58,601 bases of DNA, filler included, from Dugesia japonica (GCA_001938525.1; 5 parts of 5 records of this genome joined end to end with filler, not necessarily neighbours in it); one strand, 5' to 3'. Numbered from the whole stretch's first letter, positions 28,812 to 39,516 are shown. Translations and numbers: made by a program. Notes: generated from the sequence alone by a model not told the origin.

Positions 28812-29993
28812 TTAGTATAATATTTTCTATTTACCATCTATTTATTAAAATTACTGCTTTGTTAATAGTAAATAAAAATATGTCTGAAATTAACAGTTAT
28901 GATTTTGAAAAAAAATTATATTTAAATATTTTACTGATACTTTGCATTATCAGGTTTCTTAGTAAAGTTGGGGTTCCCCCATGGGTTTGGTGTAGAAAAA
29001 TACGGCTAGGAAAAAAACAGCCCTCAGGGGACCCTTTCAAAAATTTGGTCTCTTATTTTCTTTTGGCCAATCGGTACAAATTCCAAGTCATTTCAAGGTC
29101 CTCACTTTCTTCGCGTAGTTTCTTAGTCGCATTGACGGATCGGTTAAGAGATGAATGCCCTAAATGAGATGAAAATGGTTAACAGCTTAATAATTACTAC
29201 AGGTGAATCGTACGACATGTGGTAAAATGACAAACTTAGACAAACTAAGAGATCTTAACTAAATTAAGCAGTAAAACATTTATTAAAATTAGGACACAAA
29301 ATCACAATCAGTTTTCATTATTCGCAATAGTTTCTACATTCTCGGAATTCTCAAGACTTTCTGGCTTCTAGCTTGCTAAAGTAAGTTATTGATGGCTGCT
29401 CTTACTATAGGGGGAGCTTGTGGGTTACCATGCGAAAACTAGGTCACTAAACTTTGCGATAGGACATGCTACGAATAATAATTATGTCTTTCACCAAAAT
29501 CTCTTATTATCTCCACTACCGCTTCTATTACCGGTAAGTTGGAGCGGTCATTTAACACGCCAGCGTCCTTATTGTAGGGGTTAGTGTGGCATCCGAAAAC
29601 CACTCGCCGGTTCCGTCGGTCCCAAACTTGTTCCCAATAGATATTCACTAAAAGTAATCAAGAATAAAACTTCATTTCATCATTATGATTTCTCCAGATT
29701 TCGTTTATCGACACTTTTGAAGGTGCATTGGTTTCATTGTTAACTATCGGTGAGGGACTTCTTGTGGGTCTGCTGCTTATATGACTTGTATTTGGACTAA
29801 TTGGATCGATTTGCGAGTTACTTTCTTCATTCTCACTTGTACTTGAATATTCATTTTTGTTTTCGGTTGCGATAAAGCTCATTTTTGAAAGTGAAGAATC
29901 TATTAATACCACAGTTATAATTACATGTATACATAATCATCAACATAATTGTCTTTAACAGGTTTTACATTATCTACAGAGAATTAGTTTTAG

Positions 29994-30300
29994 CTAACAC
30001 GTCATTACCTTCGATACCTGATAGAATCTAGGCACATACATGGTTAGCTCGTTTGACACCATCCCTTCCGGCATCCTTTCATAATTTGGTGAGGCTTCCG
30101 GTAAATGTCGTTCCCTTCTTATTTGAGTGTGTTTATTTTTCTTTGATTTTGCTTTTCTGCATAGACATAGATACGCAATACCTATTCCTATTATTGCAGC
30201 GGTGAGGCTTTCAATTATTATCGTATAATCTGCTTCATTTTTGTGATTTGAGGTGTAGTAACTGGTATTTTTTCTGTAGTGGGTCTATCTAATGGTACCA
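29994..30300 (-). pseudogene. C-terminus of a type-I membrane protein (T/P-rich stalk, TM helix, cytoplasmic tail)
   Basis: PLDRPTTEKIPVTTPQIT / YTIIIESLTAAIIGIGIAYLCLC-RKAKSKKNK..PNYERM..*. Confidence 0.55.
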
Positions 30301-30446
30301 TATAATTCTCCTTTGATTTTGAATTAGATAGTACTCCTGTGCTTCCTCTTCTTTTTGGTTAGTGTTATTAGCCAATAAAGTCATTTTCATTCTTTCAATC
30401 CCGTCTAATGCTGTGCTGGCTAGCTGTTTTCCGACTTCATCCATTT

Positions 30447-30560
30447 CAGGTATTGTAGTTGTACATATTCCTAATTCCTCATCCGTTCATGCGAATATAT
30501 CTCGAAACTCTTCCAAGAGCTGTAATATTGCCGTTCGCTGTTCCTCTGTTAATGTTTCGG
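30447..30560 (-). pseudogene. Gypsy pre-RT/RT N-terminal segment, cut by a deletion
   Basis: TLTEEQRTAILQLLEEFRDIFA*TDEELGICT, matching LTxEQ..L..LLxEFxDIFA....LG.T. Confidence 0.7.
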
Positions 30561-30594
30561 GTTACAACTTTAAATGTCCTATCAATTTCATGTT

Positions 30595-30757
30595 ATGGNN
30601 NNNNNNNNNNNNNNNNNNNNNNNNNNNNNNNNNNNNNNNNNNNNNNNNNNNNNNNNNNNTAAACGGTAAACGGTAATTATCGGTTTTACCGGAAATTTTG
30701 ATTTTTTTTCGGTAAACGATATTACCAATTACCGCAAATTTTTTCCGTGGTGAATAC
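30595..30757. mobile_element. hAT-like MITE nested between protease 2 and RT (partly N)
   Basis: aacggtaa/ttaccg subterminal repeats; candidate 8-bp TSD ttcatgtt (30587) / ttcatgat (30758). Confidence 0.45.
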
Positions 30758-30779
30758 TTCATGATCATTGACATGTGTA

Positions 30780-31135
30780 TAACCTTTCAATGTTTGTAAT
30801 CGCAATGTTGAAAATTTTAATATTCCATCTTTCATCAAATCTGGCAGTATGTCAGTACCCAAAGTACATTGTCCTGGCATTTCAACAACTATCATGTTGT
30901 GTCTAATCTTGTTTTCCACATATTTTACATCACATGATAATTCCCAAAAAACTTTGAGGCTACTTTAGTTAGCCACATCTGTCGTAGTAGTCGTAGATAG
31001 TATATTTTTGTACTCTGTTATTGCGAATTCTTCAATTGATAATAATGAAATGGTTGCTCCAGTGTCCAACAACACTAGTGTGGGTCTAACATTGATTTTA
31101 ACTTGAATTGTTAGCAATGGTTCTCCACCGAAACT
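30780..31135 (-). pseudogene. Retroviral-type aspartic protease 2
   Basis: PLLTIQVKINVRPTLVLLDTGATISLLS (DTG at 31058-31066) ... QCTLGTDILPDL. Confidence 0.85.
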
Positions 31136-31439
31136 TACACACACTACATCGAATGGTTTGTTGTTCTGACCGATAACTTGTTCCCTTTCTTTCCATCTCG
31201 GTTCACGATTTTTGAATCTTGTCTAGTCTGGTCTTATCATGGTGGATTTCTAGTTCTCCGGCATCCCCAATTCTAGTTATATTGATTATAGCCACGTGAT
31301 GGTATATAATTTGGTTTATTAGTCGGTGGTTGATTCCATTTTGGTTATGGGTTTCGTCCGTTTGTCACTCCTTGGTTGATTCGTGGTTGTCGTTCAGTAT
31401 TGTTACTGTGGTTATCTCGGATAGATAATTTCCTTAAAT

Positions 31440-31680
31440 CCAATAAACAGTTTGGGCATAATCTTGGAAGGATGTCTAATCCCAATAAGCAATCGAAGGT
31501 CAATTCATCCATTATTCGCACTTTATGATATAGTTGAATTCCATCACTCTTGACCATACATATTACTTCTCCAAGTGGGGATAATTTTTATGGATTAAGG
31601 TCATACTAGCTCCGGTGTCAACGATGCCCGTTATTCATCTTCTATCCACTTTTATCTTTTTCTGTAGTAACTTTGATCTA
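31440..31680 (-). pseudogene. Retroviral-type aspartic protease 1 (small internal deletion/frameshift)
   Basis: KKIKVDRR*ITGIVDTGASMTLI (DTG at 31611-31619) ... PLGEV ... FDCLLGLDILPRL. Confidence 0.85.
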
Positions 31681-32299
31681 TGGGTGGTCATCATGCATAC
31701 GGTTTGTGTTTCCAACTTGTCATCTTCTGTGATCTGATTATTCGTTGCACCCAAACTTTGGTCAATTTTCCTCTTATCGTTAACTGATAATTGCGATACG
31801 TTGTTATCTGTTAGTAATGCAATGTTAGGTAACTGAGGTCAACCAATATATGTGGAGCCGTACATTGGACTTGGTGCCCACATTTGTGGTGGTTGATGGT
31901 TCATTGGATGCCAGCCATGTTGCGGATAGACGTTATAATACATTTGAGCGGGTGCTGAAGTGCTTTCAGCTCCGCCGAAAAGTAGCGCATACTTGATCTG
32001 TTGCAATTTACTAGTCTTCAAATACTGTTGCATTTTGTAATCCGCTTCGTATACTGTAGCAGTTTTATAACTGGGTACATTAAGCAGTCCACTGTTTTTG
32101 CCTCTATCATCGTCACTACTACTGCTACTCTCAATTTGGTTTTTAAATCTCTCTTTAAATTGATCGAAGTATGATATTTTCATTTTACTATTCCCCATTT
32201 CCTCGCATAACAATCGGAGTTGCATTACAACTTCTTTATCAGAACCTCTTATTTGTCCAGGTTTGCAGATAAATCGCTTTACCCTGTCGATATCTTTTG

Positions 32300-33454
32300 A
32301 GTGACTGTTGAGTACCATCGTTTCAGCTAAGAATGGAAATATCCCGGTTATCATTTTCCACTTCACTTTCTTCTCCCTTTTGTAAATGTCAAAGCAAGCG
32401 AATACTTGTGTGATTACTACCCGTGCTACTGAGATTATCAACATAACTCCTAATAATCCTGCGATAGCTTGACCGAATACTATGAATCTTCCCCACATTT
32501 TCCTCATGACGTTTTCGGTAGCATTTTGGAAATTATTAGCTAATAATAGTGCATCATAATTGAAACAACCGTTTATGTTTGATCCACTAGTTAACTGTAC
32601 GATGTAAGACAGAATCTGCATTCTCCTGACAGAAAACAACATATATTATCGTACATTCTCTAAGTCTTCTCTGCTGTAAATACCTTCTTTGCTTATATCG
32701 ATTGAAGTGAATTTCATCCCTCCATTTAACCATAACATCGAAAATTTCCGAGGTGCGAGTCCTACTGCGATATGTTGAGGGTATCTTATTCATGATCTAT
32801 TTGATAGGACGTACTGGGGTCCAAATACATTGGAGCAATTTCTGATGTTTGGTCGGTAGCCAAGAGGTGATATTATTCTAGTGATTGGTTGTATGTACCG
32901 CTTCTCATTTTTATGTATAACCTCCAGTTCATTGTAACAATGTTTCGGGTTGGATGAGAATTTGGCATCAATGGCTTTACATTGTTATAGGTACATAACT
33001 TCTCTCACTATTCTTCCAAATTGTCCTTTTTCGAGTGGAAGCAGTGGGGTTACACTGTTTGAATTTGTAACCGCCATGGCTAATTTTGTTTTCAATATTT
33101 CCTTGTTTAACGTGCAATCGTTTTGGATTAGGTCATGGTACATTCCTGCATCCTATTTAATAGGTTATTAATTTTATTAGATATGTAACTATGGTAACCA
33201 CAGTAGAATATGAAGGTCTTTACGGTTACTATACATTCTCGAACCTGGACTTTATAATAATCCGATTCTTGATAGAGGTGGTATATTGAGTTATTCCTGA
33301 CGGAAATTTTTTCCGGGTTTGCATCTGGGCACTCTTCGGTGTCTATTAATGAGAACACATCTTTCCCTACTTGCATACCGTTGCACTTATATGTAAGGAT
33401 AGTTTCTTCTCTGCCCATTAATAGGAATAATAGCAATATAGTAGTTGTTAATGA
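32300..33454 (-). pseudogene. Chuvirus-like (class III fusion) envelope glycoprotein, internally deleted
   Basis: Signal-like TTILLLFLLMG; ILTYKC..FSLIDTEEC..LYQESDY..RECIVTVKTFIFYCGYHSY; REVMYL*QCKAI..HCYNELEV..YIQPITRII; GIYSREDL..MLFS; KMWGRFIVFGQAIAGLLGVMLII (TM), collinear with chuviral G motifs as I recall them. Confidence 0.85.
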
Positions 33455-36400
33455 TTGCCATGAATTCCGCTGAAGTAACTGTGTCCATCCATTTTCAATT
33501 TCATTTAACTGATGTCTTACGATTCTAATTACTCTGGTTGCGTTATCATGTGATGGTTCTGGTTTGGGGCATATTGACTCAATAAATTTCTTCGACCCTC
33601 CGTACTGTTTTATTAGTGGAATGATTTTGTTCTGTATTAATTCTACGATGGGCAATTTGCTGAAGATAAAGTTTTTTGACGGCTTGCTTCTGGGTATGTA
33701 AAGGTGTGTTTGGTTGATTAGATGAGCGATAGCTACAACTATTCTTTTTTTAGTTGGTTTTTCTTGTAATAATTCGTCCAACACTCCCTCTAAATTCTCA
33801 CTTCTTCCATGCCCCGTACCCTTACTGGCAGGAAATTTCTTGATTGCTGATTCTAATAACTTTGCTAACGGCCTGAGACTGTCAGATAACTGAAATTTTT
33901 CAATCTATATTTTGAGCTCTGAATACAAGATTAATAGTAGCTGACGTATTACTAATTCAGTTGGTATGTCATCATCCGTAGTGTTACCACTATATCGTTC
34001 TTGCAGTAATGCTGCCAGGTGCTTAGTTTGATTATTTACTGAAGTTGCTAATCTTTTTTGCTTTAGGGCTTCTTCTACTTCTGGGTAGCCAGGCGGTTTC
34101 GCTCAATGTCTACCACGGCCTTTTTGTTCCGTAATCGTTTTCGTATTCTTTTTCGTTTGTACCGGTTCTGGGACTTTCTCTTTTTCTGTTTCTATCGGGT
34201 TCTCCGTCTCTAATAGGTGGTTTTGATGCATTAATTCATTCATTACTGATGACGGGAACTAATTAGCAATTTTGCTCAATATTGGTGACAATGGCTGTTC
34301 TTCCAGTATATTGTCTTCACCTAGATCTACCTTACTTGCCTCGTATTTGTTATTTTCGCCTTTTATTGCTTGTGGGGAATATCTGGAAAGGGTAATTCGT
34401 TTTCACTCGCTGAGAGCTCATTCATTGATGGTGATCTGAATATTTCCNNNNNNNNNNNNNNNNNNNNNNNNNNNNNNNNNNNNNNNNNNNNNNNNGTTTC
34501 TGTACTCCCGGATTGGTCAGTTGTGGGTCTTAGTATTTGGCTGGCAGCTAATTTTGTACGTTGCTTGAAGGCTTTTAATTTACCTGAAGCTTTTTCCATT
34601 ACATGTCGGGTTTTGTCAGCTGCTTTAAAGGGATTAGCATCTTTTTGTATGAGGGTACACCCTGGATCCAAAATAATCCACAGGGTATTTGGCTTAATTA
34701 CATCTATTTTCATTAGCCCAATCGGTGTAGTTTACTTGACTACTCCGCCGTCATCCAGGACTCTGTGTGGTAGATTAAATGGCAACTTTCCCGTATTTGT
34801 TTTACTGTGTTATAAACCGGTGCTTTAACTGGAATTTTGTCCCCATCAGGGCCAATTATTCTGAACTTAATGTGTAATGACGTAGATTGTTTCATTTCTG
34901 TTTTTCTCCATTTGACCAAAATCTTATTGAACTGAATCGGATTCCATACATTTGATACTATGATTGCCAAAATCAATCTTCGTAATTTCCTTCCACTGCT
35001 AAATTTTGTTGCATGGCTATTTTGGATCTTTGTATGATTTCTGGCTTCATTAATTTATCCCTGACTAATAGTTTAATTAGTTTTGGTAGGTTATCTTCGG
35101 GTTTTTTATCCTTTACTGAGGTGTTGGTTAAAGCTGCTACCATTTCTACTTGCTGTTTCCCTTGTTCTTGTTTGGTAAGTCTTGCCCTCTTAAATATTAT
35201 TGGGTGTATTTCCTCCATATAGTATTCAGCTATTTCCCGGGCTCTTTGTTTCCATATTTCTTCCGGGACTCGTGGTCGTCTTACTTTTCATCTTTGGTTG
35301 TTACATAAATTTTTTGCTTAGTGCCTGGCCACACTCCCAGATATTTAATCAGTAACCTCATGTGTTCTTGCTCAGTTTCCTGATTATAGAACAGTACAAT
35401 GTGCTTTTCCTGTATAAGTGGTAACCGTACTGATTCCTCGTCATCGTGAGTTTTTGCTTATTCATGAATTTCATGATTCTTTTCCTTAGTTTGGCCCAAG
35501 GGTCATTAATTTGTATATGAAACTGTATTTCGCTTTTGTTCGGAAATCTGATAACTATAGGAACCTCTAACTAACATTTTAGTGGCTTTATAAAGTATTT
35601 CGTCCATTAATTCCTATGGCATTCGGCTTATGGCTCGTAACTGGTTTAGTTGCATGATTAAGTGTATGATTCTTTCGTCTCGTAGTAGTTCTAAGTGTTC
35701 GTGGAGAGTCAGCAATATTTTCATTATCACGCGTGCCAACGTTCCCCATCATTTATTATCCTACCAATGCTCAATGTTTATCTCCACTTGTCTTCATCGA
35801 TTTCTTCGAATAACTTTCCGCTGTTTATCTCTTTTTCGTACAGGTCCTCTAACTGTTGCGTCACCTCTTCTTTAGGTTTTAATACGTCTTGGGTGTATTC
35901 GTCGAGGTTTTGTATTCGTAAATAGGTAATTTCTCCCGGCCCCAGTCCAAGATCCATGACATGTTGCTTCCCTTCGAACTTGATTGGGAACCTTAAATAA
36001 TCACTGGTGATTTCATTCCCTCTTTGTACTCTTGCTATATCTAATGATTCTATAATTTCTTTTAAGTCCTTAGCTTCTGTGTTGTTAAATTGGGGTATGT
36101 GTATCAGGATCAGTTCCGGTTTCATCTTAGGATTCGTACTTTGGGTTTTATATTCTATGGTGACTTTGAAGTACTTTCCTTTTGAACCTCCATTGATTGA
36201 GCCGATATATGGCCTATTACCTTATCCTATTTGTAACGTTCTTCTCTTGGGATACTAGTATAATTTGATAAATCCATTAGTAAATTCATAGCTTTCCAAA
36301 ACGTCAATAGGGGTAGCTTCTCTTGGAAATAACAAACATCGGTGATTATCCTGGCTATCAGTTCTGTTTGCGTGTAGCTGAAAAACAGCAAATTCTTGCT

Positions 36401-36895
36401 ACCAGGGTCGCAATTTGGGTTTAATTATTTGTTCCGGCCTTTCCTCCTTCTCTTCATCTGACATGCCGGGCGTTACTTCGTCGTTATTACTCCGGACCAT
36501 ATTTACATGTGACTTGCTTTCGCTATGTTTTTATGAGGCGTTCATTTTCCACTGGAAAAATATCTTGTAAATATAATTTCATCATGTTAAATATAAGTAG
36601 ATCCGTGTCTAGCATTTCGGTATCGGGATTTTTGTCGTCATCTTGCGTGGCGTTAGTTTGATATCCGTGGTCTCTCATGGTTTAATGTCGTATAGAAAAA
36701 TGTGGTCTTCCTTGTTAGCTTGTATTATAATCGTTGCTCCTGCCTGCATCTTATATGTCTTGAGCCATTTCGGCTATATCCATTTCTTGATCGGTTTCAC
36801 CCCATGCCGGATAGTTAGTCCTTCGAGACCTATTATGTCAACTTTTTTTATTACTTCTTTCTTGTTGAGGAGGCTTACTCGGATTGAGTAATTTG
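33455..36895 (-). pseudogene. Upstream polyprotein region of unknown domains, including a SUMO/ubiquitin-like segment (~34670-34874)
   Basis: Chain of same-strand ORF fragments (35778-36125, 34973-35218, 34740-34976, 34363-34713, 33128-33784) broken by single stops or frameshifts. Confidence 0.6.
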
Positions 36896-36899
36896 ATAT

Positions 36900-37515
36900 A
36901 GTTGAGGTTATTGTTTAACAAGAAAAGAACTGTTAGCTATTTATTATTTCACTCAACACTTCAATCATTATTTGTATGGTAAACAATTTATTCTTCGAAC
37001 GGACCATAAGGCGATTACTTTTATGTTATCTACAAAAAAGCTGATTACTTCACAATTCCAGACATGGATAAACTTCTTAAGCAGTTTAGATATTAAGATG
37101 GAATATATAAAGAGAATTTTACATGCAAACGCTGATTCATTATCTCAACAATCATGTACAACTTGTTCCCAGTGTAAAATGAGTCATCCACAAGCTAAAT
37201 CAAGTTAAAAACTCGTATCTTGACATTAATGACTGATAATGTTGGAAAAGAATGGCAAGATGGAGTTCAANAAATAGAAGAAATAAGAAAAGCAAATCGG
37301 AAAAACTAGAGGGGGTTAATTTTAGTCGGTGGAAGATATATTAAGAACAAAAGATAATAAAATATGGATACCAGAAAGAGAGTTGAATTAATTAAAAAAA
37401 ACTCATTTTATTTTGTGTCATGCTGGATGTGAAAAACTAAAATTATATATTAAAACTAATTTTGATATGAAAAATTTAGCAAGCTTTGTGAAAGAAATTA
37501 TTGATGGATGTGAAG
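36900..37515 (+). mobile_element. pol: Ty3/gypsy pol fragment (RNase H C-terminus to integrase zinc-binding region)
   Basis: GYCLTRKELLAIYYFTQHFNHYLYGKQFILRTDHK...HANADSLS; THFILCHAGCEKL...GCE. Confidence 0.85.
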
Positions 37516-37559
37516 NNNNNNNNNNNNNNNNNNNNNNNNNNNNNNNNNNNNNNNNNNNN

Positions 37560-37571
37560 TTAATTAATTAA
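37560..37571. other. Artificial assembly spacer TTAATTAATTAA
   Basis: Same 100-bp linker structure. Confidence 0.9.
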
Positions 37572-37892
37572 NNNNNNNNNNNNNNNNNNNNNNNNNNNNN
37601 NNNNNNNNNNNNNNNCGGACGCTTCATTTATCCCAAAAAGTATTTTGTATTGAATTATCAATTGTACATTTATCTCGTAATTAACATCTACTAAAGTGTT
37701 TGTACTAATAAATATGATAAACGGTAACTCGAAGTAGTTTTTTTGGAATTATTTGCTTTATTAAAATAAACCTTTTTAATGAACCGTTCTAGGATTACTC
37801 ATTATTTCTTTGACAGCAGATATAAGTATAATAACTGTTATTNNNNNNNNNNNNNNNNNNNNNNNNNNNNNNNNNNNNNNNNNNNNNNNNNN

Positions 37893-37934
<42 letters not shown>

Positions 37935-37995
37935 TCATTTATTTTATAAAATTTATATTATTTATGTTATAATTTTAATTTACAGGTCACAAGAA

Positions 37996-39516
37996 ATGCC
38001 TAATTCTCACAAAAACCTATTAAAAATTTTAATACTCATTTTTATTTTATCTAACGTTTCATCACAAATGGATTATTGTGGAAAGTTCTGTGATGCATGT
38101 GTAGAAGATTCAATATCATGTACTAAACCTGGATTCAAAGAAATGCCACAGCATATTAGTAAAACCATAAAAAGATTCATTTTAATCAGTCAACAGTTTA
38201 CAAATAGTTTTCTCTCACATGAAAATTTTTCTCATTTCAGCCCTCCTAATGTTAACATTGAATATTTGTGTATTAGAAAATCAAATATAAAATTCATTAA
38301 ATCCATGACATTTTCTGAATTATCTATGCTGCGATCATTGGATTTAACGTATAATAGTAATCTATTTATTGATTCTCGCTCATTTTCCGGTCTTAAATTG
38401 AAGCTTTTAAAACTTGACAACAATGATAATCTGAAATTCTCAATAAACGCTTTTGTTGATTTAGTCGTCGATTCATTGCATATGTCGTCATCATCTATTG
38501 ACCAATTACCCTACGATTTATTGAAACCAATTTTGCCTTTTTTGAAAAAACTTTTTCTTAATCATAATAAATTGGTTGTATTAGATCCAAGATTTCAAAA
38601 TTCTTTCAAAAATCTTCAAACTCTATATTTACATGAAAATGAATTTGACTGTTCCTGCCAGATGAAATGGTTAACAGCTGTGTATACTTTTAGAACTACA
38701 AATGAAAAACACAGTAAAATAACTTTTTCTGATGAATCCGAACCCAGACCTATATGCAAAAAACCTGATTATATGAATGGGAAACAAATACATGAAATTC
38801 CTTTGTCATTATTTAACTGTGATCCTCCAAATCTTACTCAATTGAAAATTGACTTTCAATCTGCTACCGAAACTGAATTAAGTTGTTCAGCTGTTCAAAA
38901 TGTTGATCAAGCTCCAATGTCGATTGGTTGGTTTACTGATATGTTAAATGGAATTGGTAAAAAATTGTCATCAATTTTAAATCCTATTTCAAATTCTGAT
39001 CCAGTAAAAAAAGTTCATGTTGATACTGTCTTAATTCAAAAAAATAATTCTGTTGATTCTTTTCAATGTATTGCAAAAAATCTCAATGGAAATGCTACAG
39101 CAATTGTTCGAATTAGTTGGCCTCCGTCTGATAAGTTAATTAAAAGTGACAAAAACTTTTACCAATCAACAATTGATAGTTGGCAAAAATCGGATGAAGA
39201 CAATTATCTTTTTCAAAAACGTTTTACACTTCTTGAAATGTTTGGAGCTGTTTTCGGAACATTTTCTTTAACTCTAATTTTATTTTTTATGATTTATAAA
39301 TTGGTATTTATTAATAAAAACATTGATAGAAAATCCATGTTACCACCAAATGGTTATACTACTTATGAGGCTGCTGTTTACTCTGATAGTCAAACCTATG
39401 ACATTCCCGGTAATTCCTATCCACAGTCAGTTTTATTACCCATGCCTCATTTATCAAGTACCCCAGATCATTTTATAGATTTTAAAACTCAGAGAAAGTT
39501 CTATCAAACAACATGA
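37996..39516 (+). CDS. Leucine-rich repeat + Ig-like single-pass membrane protein (LIG/Kekkon/LRRN-like), 506 aa
   Basis: Acceptor tttacag at 37985 then an in-frame ATG; signal peptide; LRRNT (C..FCDAC..ISC); LxxLxLxxN repeats; LRRCT (ENEFDCSCQMKWL..C..P); Ig (LSC..W..FQCIAKN..G); TM (MFGAVFGTFSLTLILFFMIY); Tyr-rich tail. Confidence 0.9.
   Translation: MPNSHKNLLKILILIFILSNVSSQMDYCGKFCDACVEDSISCTKPGFKEMPQHISKTIKRFILISQQFTNSFLSHENFSHFSPPNVNIEYLCIRKSNIKFIKSMTFSELSMLRSLDLTYNSNLFIDSRSFSGLKLKLLKLDNNDNLKFSINAFVDLVVDSLHMSSSSIDQLPYDLLKPILPFLKKLFLNHNKLVVLDPRFQNSFKNLQTLYLHENEFDCSCQMKWLTAVYTFRTTNEKHSKITFSDESEPRPICKKPDYMNGKQIHEIPLSLFNCDPPNLTQLKIDFQSATETELSCSAVQNVDQAPMSIGWFTDMLNGIGKKLSSILNPISNSDPVKKVHVDTVLIQKNNSVDSFQCIAKNLNGNATAIVRISWPPSDKLIKSDKNFYQSTIDSWQKSDEDNYLFQKRFTLLEMFGAVFGTFSLTLILFFMIYKLVFINKNIDRKSMLPPNGYTTYEAAVYSDSQTYDIPGNSYPQSVLLPMPHLSSTPDHFIDFKTQRKFYQTT

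Larger units (their letters stand above)
25330..28934 (+). mobile_element. Decayed Ty3/gypsy LTR retrotransposon with both LTRs (~25330-25530 and ~28620-28934); protease region apparently deleted
   Basis: The LTRs share aatagaaatggattaaaataattaa...gtctgaaatta...atgatt; gag with CCHC knuckles; RT motifs KTAFST, RMLFGMAVTPGIF, VNLDEILLF, LKLNLQKCQF; RNase H YLYGRKFILRTDHK, NADMLS; integrase GCPREIRQDCGKAFES; PPT agaagggaa. Confidence 0.9.
28935..36895 (-). mobile_element. Large decayed Ty3/gypsy-like retroelement with a chuvirus-like glycoprotein and two aspartic proteases; 5'-truncated, RT/RH/IN mostly deleted
   Basis: GC-richer block with near-continuous minus-strand coding; glycoprotein motifs; two DTG motifs; pre-RT LTEEQ motif; non-coding LTR-like end at ~28935-29600 (boundaries approximate). 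Confidence 0.8.

Noticed and set aside
32300-33454. Stand-alone chuvirus endogenous viral element
   Set aside because: No nucleoprotein or L/RdRp motifs nearby; G is in frame with upstream cargo and with a retroviral protease, which favours a retroelement-borne env
30362-36891. Plus-strand ORFs (30362, 32950, 34370, 35013, 35630, 36007, 36643)
   Set aside because: Antisense shadows of the minus-strand polyprotein
36900-37515. RNase H/integrase as the missing pol of the glycoprotein element
   Set aside because: Opposite strand, more AT-rich, and similar to the ordinary gypsy family at 27300-27600
37810-37995. N-terminal poly-Tyr extension of the LRR protein in the ORF track
   Set aside because: This is an intronic (ATT)n repeat and N run upstream of the splice acceptor at 37985
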